From assembly GCA_965261085.1 (NCBI GenBank), contig OZ253442.1, positions 128,001 to 192,000 of the forward strand: a DNA stretch of 64,000 bases, read 5' to 3'. This DNA is from a bacterium. Lineage in GTDB: Bacteria > UBA8248. Within the stretch, counting starts at the first letter, position 1, and every line of letters starts with the position of its first letter. This document shows, one piece after another, positions 27,824 to 37,484 of the stretch. Position numbers and translations under genes: made by a program. A model generated the notes under the pieces. It did no database searches and was not told where the DNA came from. It saw only the letters and a program-made list of their open reading frames with translations.

Positions 27824-29029
27824 ATGTCTTTGAAACACGTACGCCGCCGGGACAATCAGCAATGGATACTGGATTACATCGCCAAAACGGCAGGAATGGT
27901 CCAAAACCTTGAAGACGATAAGTTCGAGCTTCCCAAGGGCGTCAAGAACTACAAGATGATCAGCAAGCTCCAGGGCGAGGACGCGGAACACAAAGAAAAA
28001 ATCGCGCAGGCGGCGGAAGAGGCCGGCATGCGGGAAACAGCGCTTGAACTCTACATCCAGGCGACTGAATCATACCGCAAAGGACAACACGTCATCTTTG
28101 AAGATGACCACCCGCAGAAGATCAAACTTCACGCCGGATTGATCCGCTGCTATGACCGGGCGATTGCCTTGGCCGATTATCCAGTTGAGCGCATCGAGGT
28201 TCCTTTCGAGGGCCAGGAGATTCAAATTATTCTTCATCTCCTGCCGGAGAAGAGAAAAGCTCCCTGCATCATCTATATTCCCGGCATGGACCAGACAAAA
28301 GAATTCTATCCCTACATCCTGCAGAACGACATGATTCGGCGAGGTATGCACGCATGCGCCATCGACGGTCCCGGGCAGGGCATCTCCAACATGCGCAAAA
28401 TTCGCGTAACCGAAAACAATTATGAACGCGCCATTTCGGCGGTGATTGATTATCTGGTGACTCGCGAGGAAATAGATGCGGATAAAATCGGCGTATTCGG
28501 CATCAGCATGGGTTCTTATTGGGCGCCGATCGCCGCATCGATAGATGAGAGAATCAGGGCTTGCGCGGGAGGCAGCGCCACCTTTTCGGACAAACACGTC
28601 ATCTTCGGCGAAGCGTCTCCTCGCTTCAAACAGATATTCATGTACATGGCCGGATACACCGACGAAGATGCATTTGATGAAATGGCCGGGAAAATGACGC
28701 TTAAAGGCTGCGGTGAGAAAATCACCTGCCCAACGCTATTGGCCACCGGGGAATTCGACCCGCTGAGCCATTTGGAAGATGCTTTCCGCTTTTTCGACGA
28801 GATCACAGCCCCCAAGGAATTCTGGGTGCTGGAGAACGAGTTCCACAGGGTATGGGGAATGCAGGGACTCGGTGGTCTGGACCTGAACCCTTGGGCCGTG
28901 GATTGGTTAAGAAAAGCATTAAACGGAGAAATTCCCGAGGACCACGACAAGACCGTCTACATCAAACAAAAATCAGGCCGAGGCGCCTTCAGCGACGCTA
29001 TGCCGGATGATCATCCCAAACGATGGTAA
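27824..29029 (+). CDS. Alpha/beta hydrolase (FrsA / 2,6-dihydroxypseudooxynicotine hydrolase-like)
   Basis: PGMDQTKE, IDGPGQG, GISMG nucleophile elbow, GEFDPL. Confidence 0.8.
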   Translation: MSLKHVRRRDNQQWILDYIAKTAGMVQNLEDDKFELPKGVKNYKMISKLQGEDAEHKEKIAQAAEEAGMRETALELYIQATESYRKGQHVIFEDDHPQKIKLHAGLIRCYDRAIALADYPVERIEVPFEGQEIQIILHLLPEKRKAPCIIYIPGMDQTKEFYPYILQNDMIRRGMHACAIDGPGQGISNMRKIRVTENNYERAISAVIDYLVTREEIDADKIGVFGISMGSYWAPIAASIDERIRACAGGSATFSDKHVIFGEASPRFKQIFMYMAGYTDEDAFDEMAGKMTLKGCGEKITCPTLLATGEFDPLSHLEDAFRFFDEITAPKEFWVLENEFHRVWGMQGLGGLDLNPWAVDWLRKALNGEIPEDHDKTVYIKQKSGRGAFSDAMPDDHPKRW

Positions 29030-29044
29030 CAAGCTTGAGAATAA

Positions 29045-29815
29045 TCAAGGAGCCATCGATAGCTGGCTCACGGAAGCGCCGAGCAGCTTCGATATGTTGC
29101 GCGTTACTTCCAATACGGCTTCGATATGCTCCTCCCACCGCTCCTCGTTCATTCGAGATGCGGGGGTAGCCGTGCTGATGGCGCCCACCACCAACCCCCT
29201 CGCGTCGAAAATCGGGGCCCCCACGCCGCACACGTCCTCTCTGAATTCCCCTTTGTTAAGGGCATAACCCCGCACTCTGATCATTTCGAGTTCTTCACGC
29301 ATTTTTGGAGGGTCAACAATGGTGTGAGACGAATAACTTTTTAATTCAGACGCCAGAACACGCTCCACAAGTTCTGGATGATACGCCAGCATCGCCTTGC
29401 CACTGGAGACGCAATACGCAGGAGCCGTTGCCCCTACGTTCATTTGGGTGACCACCGCTTGCGTACTTTCCATCATTTCCAGATAGGTGATTCGATCACC
29501 CTCCAGCACCGTCAAAAGCACATTCTCGTTAATGGCGTCTCTTAATTTCGCCATGTGCGGAATCGCGATTTCCCTTAAATCCATATCCTCGATGGCCCTG
29601 CAACCCAACTCGAAGAGTTTCAAACCCAGGCGAAATTTCCCACTCCCCGGTTCTCTTCTCACGAAACCCAGGGCTTCCATCGTGGAGAGAAAGCGCGAAA
29701 CCGTGCTTTTGGGCATATCGAGTTTCCGCGCGAATTCATTCACGCCAACGGGATTATTCTCCGCCATGAGGGTATCGAATATCTGCGCCGCTTTCATGAG
29801 CGAACGATTCATCAC
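29045..29815 (-). CDS. IclR family transcriptional regulator
   Basis: HTH PKSTVSRFL, SSGKAMLA and RGYALN.GE....CGVGAPIF. Confidence 0.93.
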   Translation of the reverse strand: MMNRSLMKAAQIFDTLMAENNPVGVNEFARKLDMPKSTVSRFLSTMEALGFVRREPGSGKFRLGLKLFELGCRAIEDMDLREIAIPHMAKLRDAINENVLLTVLEGDRITYLEMMESTQAVVTQMNVGATAPAYCVSSGKAMLAYHPELVERVLASELKSYSSHTIVDPPKMREELEMIRVRGYALNKGEFREDVCGVGAPIFDARGLVVGAISTATPASRMNEERWEEHIEAVLEVTRNISKLLGASVSQLSMAP

Positions 29816-29947
29816 AAAACCCCCACGTCACCCGCAAATTCAAGTTTTCGCAACTGCTCGATCATCGCATTCATTCTTGTTAAACCCATGCTTTTTGAAA
29901 CACATTCCAAAAGAATTGAGCAGTATTGCGAAGCGATTCCAACTTTG

Positions 29948-30018
29948 TTGACTTCTCAATCCAAATCCATTATCTTGAATAAAACCAAAATATGCAACAT
30001 AGTTCCATTATTTAGAAC
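29948..30018 (+). promoter_or_regulatory. Promoter and candidate IclR operator for the LLM gene
   Basis: TTGACT-N17-TATCTT (29948-29976), then palindrome GTTC-N9-GAAC (30002-30018), located between the divergent iclR and LLM genes. Confidence 0.45.
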
Positions 30019-30108
30019 AAAATACGCCAAATTCGTTCGTGGATATCAGTCCTTTCTAATTCGAGGTTGGCAGATATTCTGGCGTATCCTCACAAGGCTG
30101 GAGAAAAC

Positions 30109-31200
30109 TTGGCCGTTCAATTTCATTGGGCCTTATGCTCTTTCAATGCAGGCGATGGGCACCAAATCAACCCTGCCGTTCCCGAGCGTCCCGCCAAACT
30201 GGATTATCTGGCTCGGGTCACGCAGGCGGCTGAAGACGCCGGGTGCGTCAACATCCTGGTGCCGACGGGTACGCATTGTCTGGATGCCTGGCAGACCGCA
30301 TCCGCCCTGGCGATGCAAACAAAGAAAATCAAATTTCTGGTCGCCTTTCGCCCCGGTTTGGTTGGTCCGGTCTACGCCGCCCAGCAAGCGAACACGCTCG
30401 ATTACTTCACGAAAGGACGCCTTTCACTCAATGTCGTCTCGGGCGCGAACTCCGCGGATCTGAGACGTTACGGCTACCATGCGCCTCATGATGAAAGATA
30501 CGAGGTGACCGAGGAATTTTTGGACCTGGTACATCAACTTTGGGAGGAAGACGGACCCATCGATTACAAGGGCCGCTTTTTCCATGTGGAAGACGCCCAC
30601 GTCTGGCCGAAGCGTTACTCGGATCCCCATCCGACCATCTTCTTGGCAGGCAGTTCTCCAGGAGGGAAGCGCGTTGCTGCGCGCTTCGGTGACGTTCACG
30701 TCTTTTTCGCCTATGAACCGGAAACGGTGGCGAAAGAAATTCAAGAGGTCAGAAAGCTGGAAGAAGAATTCGAACGGGGAGCTCCTCTCGAATTCGGGGT
30801 GCGCCACTGCGTTTGCGTGCGGGAGACAAGACAAGAGGCAAGGCGTGCCGTGGAGGGCTGGCTGAACGACAGCGACATCGGCAATACCGCCACCTGGGCG
30901 GATTCGGTTCGCCTGAGCGAATCCACGAGCCAATCGCGCATCAACGAAATGGCGTCGAGGGAATCACTTTGGCTCACCGATACCATCTGGATGGGCGTGA
31001 ACAAGGTGCGAGCCGGCGGGGCCACCACGTTCGTGGGCACGCCACAGATGGTGGCGAACCAGTTCCGTGAATACATCGACGCCGGAGTGACTCATTTCAT
31101 CATGCACGGCTGGCCATACCTGGAGGAAGCGCAGATTTTCGGTCGCGAGGTTTTGCCGCTGCTCAAGGATGTGGAGCCGGTGATTTTGGCTGATCCCTGA
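30109..31200 (+). CDS. Luciferase-like (LLM) flavin-dependent monooxygenase, alkanesulfonate monooxygenase-like
   Basis: LVPTGTHCLDAW, KFLVAFRPG, GRLSLNVVSG, HDERY and VGTPQMVA; TTG start after GGAG. Confidence 0.88.
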   Translation: MAVQFHWALCSFNAGDGHQINPAVPERPAKLDYLARVTQAAEDAGCVNILVPTGTHCLDAWQTASALAMQTKKIKFLVAFRPGLVGPVYAAQQANTLDYFTKGRLSLNVVSGANSADLRRYGYHAPHDERYEVTEEFLDLVHQLWEEDGPIDYKGRFFHVEDAHVWPKRYSDPHPTIFLAGSSPGGKRVAARFGDVHVFFAYEPETVAKEIQEVRKLEEEFERGAPLEFGVRHCVCVRETRQEARRAVEGWLNDSDIGNTATWADSVRLSESTSQSRINEMASRESLWLTDTIWMGVNKVRAGGATTFVGTPQMVANQFREYIDAGVTHFIMHGWPYLEEAQIFGREVLPLLKDVEPVILADP

Positions 31201-31394
31201 GAAGGCAAGCGAGAAACATTCTTTGGCATGTCTTCTTCATGTGGCGACAGAACAAGGAAAATGGGTGGGGTATGGGATGAATAAAACATTCCCCGCGCGA
31301 TGAGCGAATAAATGCGCAACTGGAAAATTGACGCGAGGTTCTCATTTTCGCCGAACCGACGTCAGGCGATGAAAATCCATAAAAGGAGGTTGTA

Positions 31395-32657
31395 ATGCCA
31401 GGCTATCCCGTAAACAGCAATTTGGAATCTACCACCGAGCACTGGAGAATATCGCAGCATTGCTTCTCCGAGGAAATCCGCTCGCAGATGACGCTTCCGG
31501 AGAAGTTTCAGCTTTGCGATATCACCTTGAGGGAAGGCAGGCAGTTGCCCGGCGTGTCCTTGAGGCGGGATGAGGTCATCCGCATCGCCGATGCGCTCGT
31601 CGACGCCGGTGTGAGCATGGTGCAGATGCACCACGACGACCCCCTGGAAATGGAGGAGGTGAAAAAGCGGCATCCGGACCTCATCGTGGAAGCCCTCGTG
31701 CACCCCACCGCTGTCTTAAACCCCGAACTCGCCAAAGTGGAAGTCGACCTGAACGTGGACCACGGCGCGGATTATACGACCCTTTGTTTTTCATTCTCGC
31801 CGAACCAGATGTGCCTGTTCGAATCGATGGCCGGAGACCCGAACATCACCATCGAACAGGCCATCGAGCGCGCTTGCGGCTCCGTGGCCTACGCCCGGAA
31901 GAAATCAGGCCCCGACAGGAAAGTGGGCTGCCTGATTCAGGACTGCACACGCATCCCTATCGAACGGCTGGCTGAAGTATGCGGCAAACTCGTGGACTCG
32001 GGCGCCGACATGATCAAGCTCGACGACATCAACGGCATGGCGATCACGCCGGTCTATACATACGTCGTCCGCGAGATGAAGCGCCTGCTGCCCGGCACGC
32101 AAATCGGCCTCCACACCCACAACGACATCGGTATGGCGTGCGCCGCCTTGTATGCGGGTCTGGAGGGCGGCGCCGACCTCATCGACGCCTGCGTGAACGG
32201 CTTGGGCGAGCGCGCCCACATCGCACCCCTGGCCGAAGTCGCCGCCGTGATTCAGATTTATTACGGCATCGACTGCGGTATTAAACTCGAGAAAATGCAT
32301 GAACTCTCCAGGCTCGTCTCCGACATCATGAAGTGGCCCATGACGGATACCATGCCCTTCGTCGGTAAAACGGCGTTCTCCCACCTGGTCGAGGTGCACT
32401 ATTGCGTGCCTAATACGGAAGAAGGCTTTTGGGCGTATTCGTGCATGAAGCCCGGGATTTTCGGAAACGGCATGCACAATCTTTTGGGACACTATTCCGG
32501 TAACTGGGCCATACGCACCAAGGCGCGGGAGTTGGGCCTCGATCTCCCACAGGAGAAAGAAAAAGACGTGGTCGAGCGGGTTCGCACGGAGATCCGCTGG
32601 CGCAAGCGACAATTGGAGAATGAGGAATTCGAAGCCATCGTCCGGGAAGTTTGCTAG
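31395..32657 (+). CDS. DRE-TIM metallolyase (homocitrate/isopropylmalate synthase-like, no LeuA regulatory domain)
   Basis: DITLREG.Q.PG, HTHNDIGMA and NGLGERA; GGAGG RBS. Confidence 0.8.
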   Translation: MPGYPVNSNLESTTEHWRISQHCFSEEIRSQMTLPEKFQLCDITLREGRQLPGVSLRRDEVIRIADALVDAGVSMVQMHHDDPLEMEEVKKRHPDLIVEALVHPTAVLNPELAKVEVDLNVDHGADYTTLCFSFSPNQMCLFESMAGDPNITIEQAIERACGSVAYARKKSGPDRKVGCLIQDCTRIPIERLAEVCGKLVDSGADMIKLDDINGMAITPVYTYVVREMKRLLPGTQIGLHTHNDIGMACAALYAGLEGGADLIDACVNGLGERAHIAPLAEVAAVIQIYYGIDCGIKLEKMHELSRLVSDIMKWPMTDTMPFVGKTAFSHLVEVHYCVPNTEEGFWAYSCMKPGIFGNGMHNLLGHYSGNWAIRTKARELGLDLPQEKEKDVVERVRTEIRWRKRQLENEEFEAIVREVC

Positions 32658-32736
32658 AAAAAATCAAAACTGAGGCGCGCCTTTTCGACGAAGCGCGCGT
32701 GAAGCCTTGTAATTATTCACCAAATAAGGAGAAAGC

Positions 32737-33513
32737 ATGAAACTCGAAGGCAAAGTCGCATTCATTACGGGCGCATCCGGCGGCATCGGCGGCGCCGTCG
32801 CGCGCACTTTCGCAAGCGAGGGGGCAAATCTCGCCCTGGCCGCCCGCTCCGTGGATAAACTGGAAGCGCTCGCCGAGGAAATAGAGGCCATGGGACGAAA
32901 GGCGCTCGTATGCCCGTGCGACGTCATGAAGGACGAGGACATCCTCGATTCGCTCCGCAAAACGGTCGACGCGCTCGGCCCCATCGACATCCTCGTGAAC
33001 AACGCAGGCATCGTGAGCTTCGAGGCGGTGCACGAGCTTCCCGACGAGGTGTGGGAGCGCACCATGCAAATCAACGCGAAGGCGCCGTTCACGGCGATTC
33101 GCGAAGTCCTGCCCTCGATGCTCGAGCGAAAATCCGGAAAAATCATCAACGTCGCCTCGGTTTCGGGGAAAATCGGCCTGGCCTACAGGAGCGCCTACGC
33201 GGCGTCGAAACACGCCGTCCTGGGCCTCACCAAATCGCTCTCCGCCGAAGTCGCTCCGTTCGGCATCACGGCGAACTGCATCTGCCCCACCTTCGTCGCC
33301 ACCGGCATGTTCGAGGAAAGCATCCAGAAATGGGCCGACGAAACGGGCAATACCTTTGAGGAACAATCGGAGGAGTTGAGAAACAGGGTGCCGATGAAGC
33401 GCTTCATCGATCCGGAAGAATGCGCCCCGCTGGCGCTTCTTCTGGCGTGTGACGACTCCGGCGGCATTACGGGCCAGGCCATCAACGTGGACGGCGGCTT
33501 CGTGCAATTCTAA
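32737..33513 (+). CDS. Short-chain dehydrogenase/reductase
   Basis: TGASGGIG, NNAG, YAASK. Confidence 0.92.
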   Translation: MKLEGKVAFITGASGGIGGAVARTFASEGANLALAARSVDKLEALAEEIEAMGRKALVCPCDVMKDEDILDSLRKTVDALGPIDILVNNAGIVSFEAVHELPDEVWERTMQINAKAPFTAIREVLPSMLERKSGKIINVASVSGKIGLAYRSAYAASKHAVLGLTKSLSAEVAPFGITANCICPTFVATGMFEESIQKWADETGNTFEEQSEELRNRVPMKRFIDPEECAPLALLLACDDSGGITGQAINVDGGFVQF

Positions 33514-33529
33514 ATAATGGAGAACACCG

Positions 33530-34279
33530 ATGCGCCTGACGGATAAGGTAGCCATCATCACGGGAGCAGGAAGCGGCCTGGGCGAAGCCGTCGCCAGGCG
33601 CTTCGCGTCCGAGGGGGCGTCTTTGCTCATCTGCGATCGCAACGCCGAAGCCGTGGAAGCTCTCTCGAACGAGCTTTCCACGCCAGCCCACGGTGTTGAG
33701 GCATGTGAGGTAGACGTTTCAGATTCCGGCGCCGTGCGTAGGATGGCCGAATCCTGCCTGAAAGCATTCGGCCGAATCGACATTCTCGTCAACAACGCGG
33801 GCATCTCTCCCAAGAAGGGATACCTCGAATATTCTGAGGAAGACTGGGACGCCGTGATCGACGTGAACCTCAAAGGAGAATACCTCTGCGCCCGCGCCAT
33901 CTCCGAACACATGATGGCGAGACGCTATGGCCGCATCGTCAACCTCTCGTCATCCGCGTGGCGCTCGGGTGGTTTCGCGGGCGGGATTCCCTACACGTCG
34001 GCCAAAGCCGGCGTCATCGGCCTCACGCGCGCTCTCGCCAAGACTTTGGGCCCTTACGGCATCACCGTGAACGCCATCGCGCCCGGCCCCACGACCACGC
34101 CGCTCACGGACGGGTGGCTTCCCGCCCGCCACGATGAGATCGTGAAGCAGATTCCGCTCGGCCGCGTGGGCAAACCCCTGGACGTGGCAAACGCCGCGCT
34201 TTTTCTGGCCTCGGATGAGGCGGAATACATCACGGGCATCTGCCTGGACGTGAACGGCGGTATCGCCATGGGCGGTTGA
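33530..34279 (+). CDS. Short-chain dehydrogenase/reductase (FabG-like)
   Basis: TGAGSGLG, NNAG, YTSAK, NAIAPG. Confidence 0.92.
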   Translation: MRLTDKVAIITGAGSGLGEAVARRFASEGASLLICDRNAEAVEALSNELSTPAHGVEACEVDVSDSGAVRRMAESCLKAFGRIDILVNNAGISPKKGYLEYSEEDWDAVIDVNLKGEYLCARAISEHMMARRYGRIVNLSSSAWRSGGFAGGIPYTSAKAGVIGLTRALAKTLGPYGITVNAIAPGPTTTPLTDGWLPARHDEIVKQIPLGRVGKPLDVANAALFLASDEAEYITGICLDVNGGIAMGG

Positions 34280-34365
34280 TTCATCGAGATGAGGCAGCGG
34301 ACGAGATTTCTAGAAGAATTCAAAGTAGCTTGATTTTGAGGAGGACCTCCCGTTGAATTTTTGGG

Positions 34366-34755
34366 TTACTCCTCCGACTTTGGTGGAGGAGACGCCTGAC
34401 GTCCCCCAAAATAAAAACCAGTAACGGAACCGGCAAGAGTGCCAAAAACAGTAACAACCTGCTCAAAATGATTCGGAAGCACTGCTGCGCCAAACACGAG
34501 AACATTAACGAACGAGCCGACAATCAACAAAGCCAGCATCGCCCGCACAGAGCCTCTCGGAAGATTTAAGCCTCTAAGAGATTCTGAAGATTCATCACTA
34601 CGTCGAGCACAAATTGCATATATAGGAGCCGCCAACAAAACCAGCCCTAACAACGATAGCTGAATCCAAAAAAGCGGTTGATCAGACCACGTAATTTGGG
34701 AAACCTTAGACATTGATTCAGCCTTTTCGGCGGCGTGTGCAATGCTCGCAAACAT
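34366..34755 (-). CDS. Small membrane protein of unknown function
   Basis: Three hydrophobic segments; GLNLPRGSVRA and terminal GFYFG motif; AT-richer. Confidence 0.6.
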   Translation of the reverse strand: MFASIAHAAEKAESMSKVSQITWSDQPLFWIQLSLLGLVLLAAPIYAICARRSDESSESLRGLNLPRGSVRAMLALLIVGSFVNVLVFGAAVLPNHFEQVVTVFGTLAGSVTGFYFGGRQASPPPKSEE

Positions 34756-35098
34756 GAGAAATCTCCTTCACATTCGTTTTATTCAATTCGCTATATTGTC
34801 CATTAAGTATCCCTTTAATTCAAGGATGGAAGCCTATTTGCAAATTGAGGGGGATCGCTGCGTGAGTTTCAACTGTTTCATATTCATGCAGCAAAACTCT
34901 GCGGCCCCGAAACGCTACGCTTGCATTTTTCCGCCCTGCATGACACCCTTTTCGGTTCATGAGCTCTTGCTCGATGTATGGTTGAGACAGCGCATTCTCC
35001 GCCGCTTTATTCGTTTCCGGGAGATGAGTATCTGCATGTTCTCGACATAAAACCAGAAAATCGAATCCGAGATATCACATATTGGAGAGGAAACCGCC

Positions 35099-36256
35099 AT
35101 GAACCTGCCCTTTGATGACAACAAGCTCAGCGCCTTGATGGAAGTTCAGGGCGCGGACGTCGTTCTCGCCTCCTCGAAGGAAAACGTCCAATACCTGCTC
35201 GGCGGCTACAAATTCTTTTTCTTCGCCCACAAAGACGCCATCGGCGTGAGCCGCTACCAGCCTCTGGTAGGCCTGCCGAAGGGTGCTCCCGACAAAGCAT
35301 TTTACATCGGAAACGTCATGGAAGGCTGGCAGCAGGAAGTCGAACCCCTGTGGGTGCCCGAGAAGAGAAACAACCACTGGCACAGCGACCAGGCCGGCAA
35401 GGACGCGGCCGATTTCATCCGCAGGCTCGGCCATGAGAAAGGCACCGTGGCGGTGGAGAAATGCTTCCTGCCGGCGGACACGTATGAGGCGCTTCAGGAA
35501 GAATTGCCCGACGCCAAATTCATCGACGCCGTCTACCTGCTCGAAGAACTCCGGGCCGTGAAGCAGCCCCACGAACTCACCTTGCTGAAAGAGGCGTCCG
35601 AAACCATCGTCGAATGTATGCTCGACGTCATGAAGAGCACGCCTCCGGGCACCACCATGTACGAGGTCGCCGATCAGATGAAAAAAATCGAGACCCAAAG
35701 AGGACTCGATTTCGAATACTGCCTCACCTGCACGGGCCCAAGCTACAACCGCGCGCCCTCGAACGCCACCTGGGATGAGGGAAACATTCTCTCACTCGAT
35801 TCGGGGGGGAACAAGCAGGGATACCTGGGCGATCTGTGCCGCATGGCCGTCATGGGAGAACCGACGCCGCTCATGGAGGATTTGCTCGGCGAAATCCAGG
35901 CGGTGCAGACAGCCGCGCGCGCCGTGGTGCGCCCGGGCGTCACGGGACAGGAAATCTACGAAGCCGCCCTCAATGAGCAGGCCAGGTGCGCGCACGACGA
36001 TCAGATGGTATTCCTCGCGCACGGCATGGGCATCATCCAGCACGAGGCGCCGCACCTCACGTCCTCGGGCGTCGTGCCCTACCCTGCCACCTACGAGACC
36101 AAGGGCCTCGAACCCGGGATGGTGGTGTCCATCGAAACCGACATAAAAAATCCCGAGGTCGGCTTCGTGAAACTGGAGGACACCTTGGTCGTCACCGAAG
36201 ACGGCTCGGAAGGTTACGGCGATGAAGGACGGGGCTGGAACATCGGCGGCGCATAG
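35099..36256 (+). CDS. M24 (Xaa-Pro peptidase/creatinase) family protein
   Basis: LRAVK, LDSGG...YLGDLCR, HGMG..HE.P and KLEDT..VT. Confidence 0.88.
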   Translation: MNLPFDDNKLSALMEVQGADVVLASSKENVQYLLGGYKFFFFAHKDAIGVSRYQPLVGLPKGAPDKAFYIGNVMEGWQQEVEPLWVPEKRNNHWHSDQAGKDAADFIRRLGHEKGTVAVEKCFLPADTYEALQEELPDAKFIDAVYLLEELRAVKQPHELTLLKEASETIVECMLDVMKSTPPGTTMYEVADQMKKIETQRGLDFEYCLTCTGPSYNRAPSNATWDEGNILSLDSGGNKQGYLGDLCRMAVMGEPTPLMEDLLGEIQAVQTAARAVVRPGVTGQEIYEAALNEQARCAHDDQMVFLAHGMGIIQHEAPHLTSSGVVPYPATYETKGLEPGMVVSIETDIKNPEVGFVKLEDTLVVTEDGSEGYGDEGRGWNIGGA

Positions 36257-36288
36257 ACTCCATTTCGTGAACGGTAAGGAACAAGCAG

Positions 36289-37464
36289 GTGGATTTTCGT
36301 ATCAACCCTGAAAATGAAGATTTGCTCGAACGCGCGAAAATCTACGCGAAGGAAATCCTGGCCCCGAGAGCCGAAGAAATCGACCAGGAAGGAATTTTTC
36401 CCCGCGAGAATTTCAACGATTTGGCGAAAGAGGGCTTTACCTCCCTGACGATTCCGAAAGACCAGGGCGGCAGAGACCTCTATGAGGACACCGCCACCTA
36501 CTCGATGGTCCTCTACGAGCTTTCCAAGGGCTGCACGAACACCGCCATGCTCTTTCACATGCACAGTTCCATATCACACGTCATCACCTATCTGGGAACG
36601 GATGAGCAAAAGCGCAGATACAGCGAAATCATCCGAAGCGGAAAAATCATCGCTAGCTATGCGAGCGAGAACACCTCGAGCCTTCACGGCGTGTGGCGCA
36701 TGGAGACGAAGGCGATCCGGGACGGCGACGTCTACAGGATCAACGGCAGAAAATACTTTTGCTCCATGGCCGGAGAGGCGGACTACTACGTGCTATGGGT
36801 GCAGCTTGAAGACGAGGAAGACCTCACGAAAAGCCTGGGGTTGCTCATCGCGCCTTCGGACAACCCCGGCTTCAAGATAGATCAGGAGTGGAACTCCTTC
36901 GCCATGCGCGGAACGATGAGCCACTCGATGATATACGACGACGTGCAAATACCGGTGGAGGATCTGGTGGGCCGTGGCGGAGACCCGATACGCCCCGACG
37001 TTCTGCCCAAGTTCGGCTTCGGCTACTCCGCCGTCTACCTGGGCGCGGGCGGAGGCGCCTTCGACTGGGTGGTCAACTACGCGCAAACCCGAAAGCTCAT
37101 GCCCGACAACGTGCCCATCGCCTCATATCCCGCCATACAGCGCCAGATAGGGGAGATGAAAATTGCGCTCGAGGGCGCGATTCTCATGCTCCTGAGAGCG
37201 GGCTGGATGATCAACGCCCAAGGAGCAGACAAAGCGTATGGCGCCATCAACGAGGCGAAATACGTTTGCGCGGAAGCCTCCGCCTTCATCACGGAAAAAG
37301 CGCTCAAGGTGGCCGGCGGCCCGGGGCTGTTCCGGCATAATCCGCTCCAGCGCTTTCACCGCGAGGCGAGAGCCGGACTCATCATGCCGCCCAACACGGA
37401 AAAGTGCCTGGAACTCACCGCCAAAACCGTGCTGGAGGGCAGCGCGAACATGCTGGGCTCATAA
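36289..37464 (+). CDS. Acyl-CoA dehydrogenase-fold flavoprotein (non-canonical)
   Basis: INGRKYFCS, W..FAMRGT.S, YLG and LQRFHREARAG; no IYEG-type motif. Confidence 0.85.
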   Translation: MDFRINPENEDLLERAKIYAKEILAPRAEEIDQEGIFPRENFNDLAKEGFTSLTIPKDQGGRDLYEDTATYSMVLYELSKGCTNTAMLFHMHSSISHVITYLGTDEQKRRYSEIIRSGKIIASYASENTSSLHGVWRMETKAIRDGDVYRINGRKYFCSMAGEADYYVLWVQLEDEEDLTKSLGLLIAPSDNPGFKIDQEWNSFAMRGTMSHSMIYDDVQIPVEDLVGRGGDPIRPDVLPKFGFGYSAVYLGAGGGAFDWVVNYAQTRKLMPDNVPIASYPAIQRQIGEMKIALEGAILMLLRAGWMINAQGADKAYGAINEAKYVCAEASAFITEKALKVAGGPGLFRHNPLQRFHREARAGLIMPPNTEKCLELTAKTVLEGSANMLGS

Positions 37465-37484
37465 CCAATGGAGGACCATCGCCG

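Noticed and set aside
32713-33912. 399-aa minus-strand ORF
   Set aside because: Typical antisense frame of SDR genes
34742-35050. 102-aa plus-strand ORF
   Set aside because: AT-rich divergent intergenic region with no protein-like motifs
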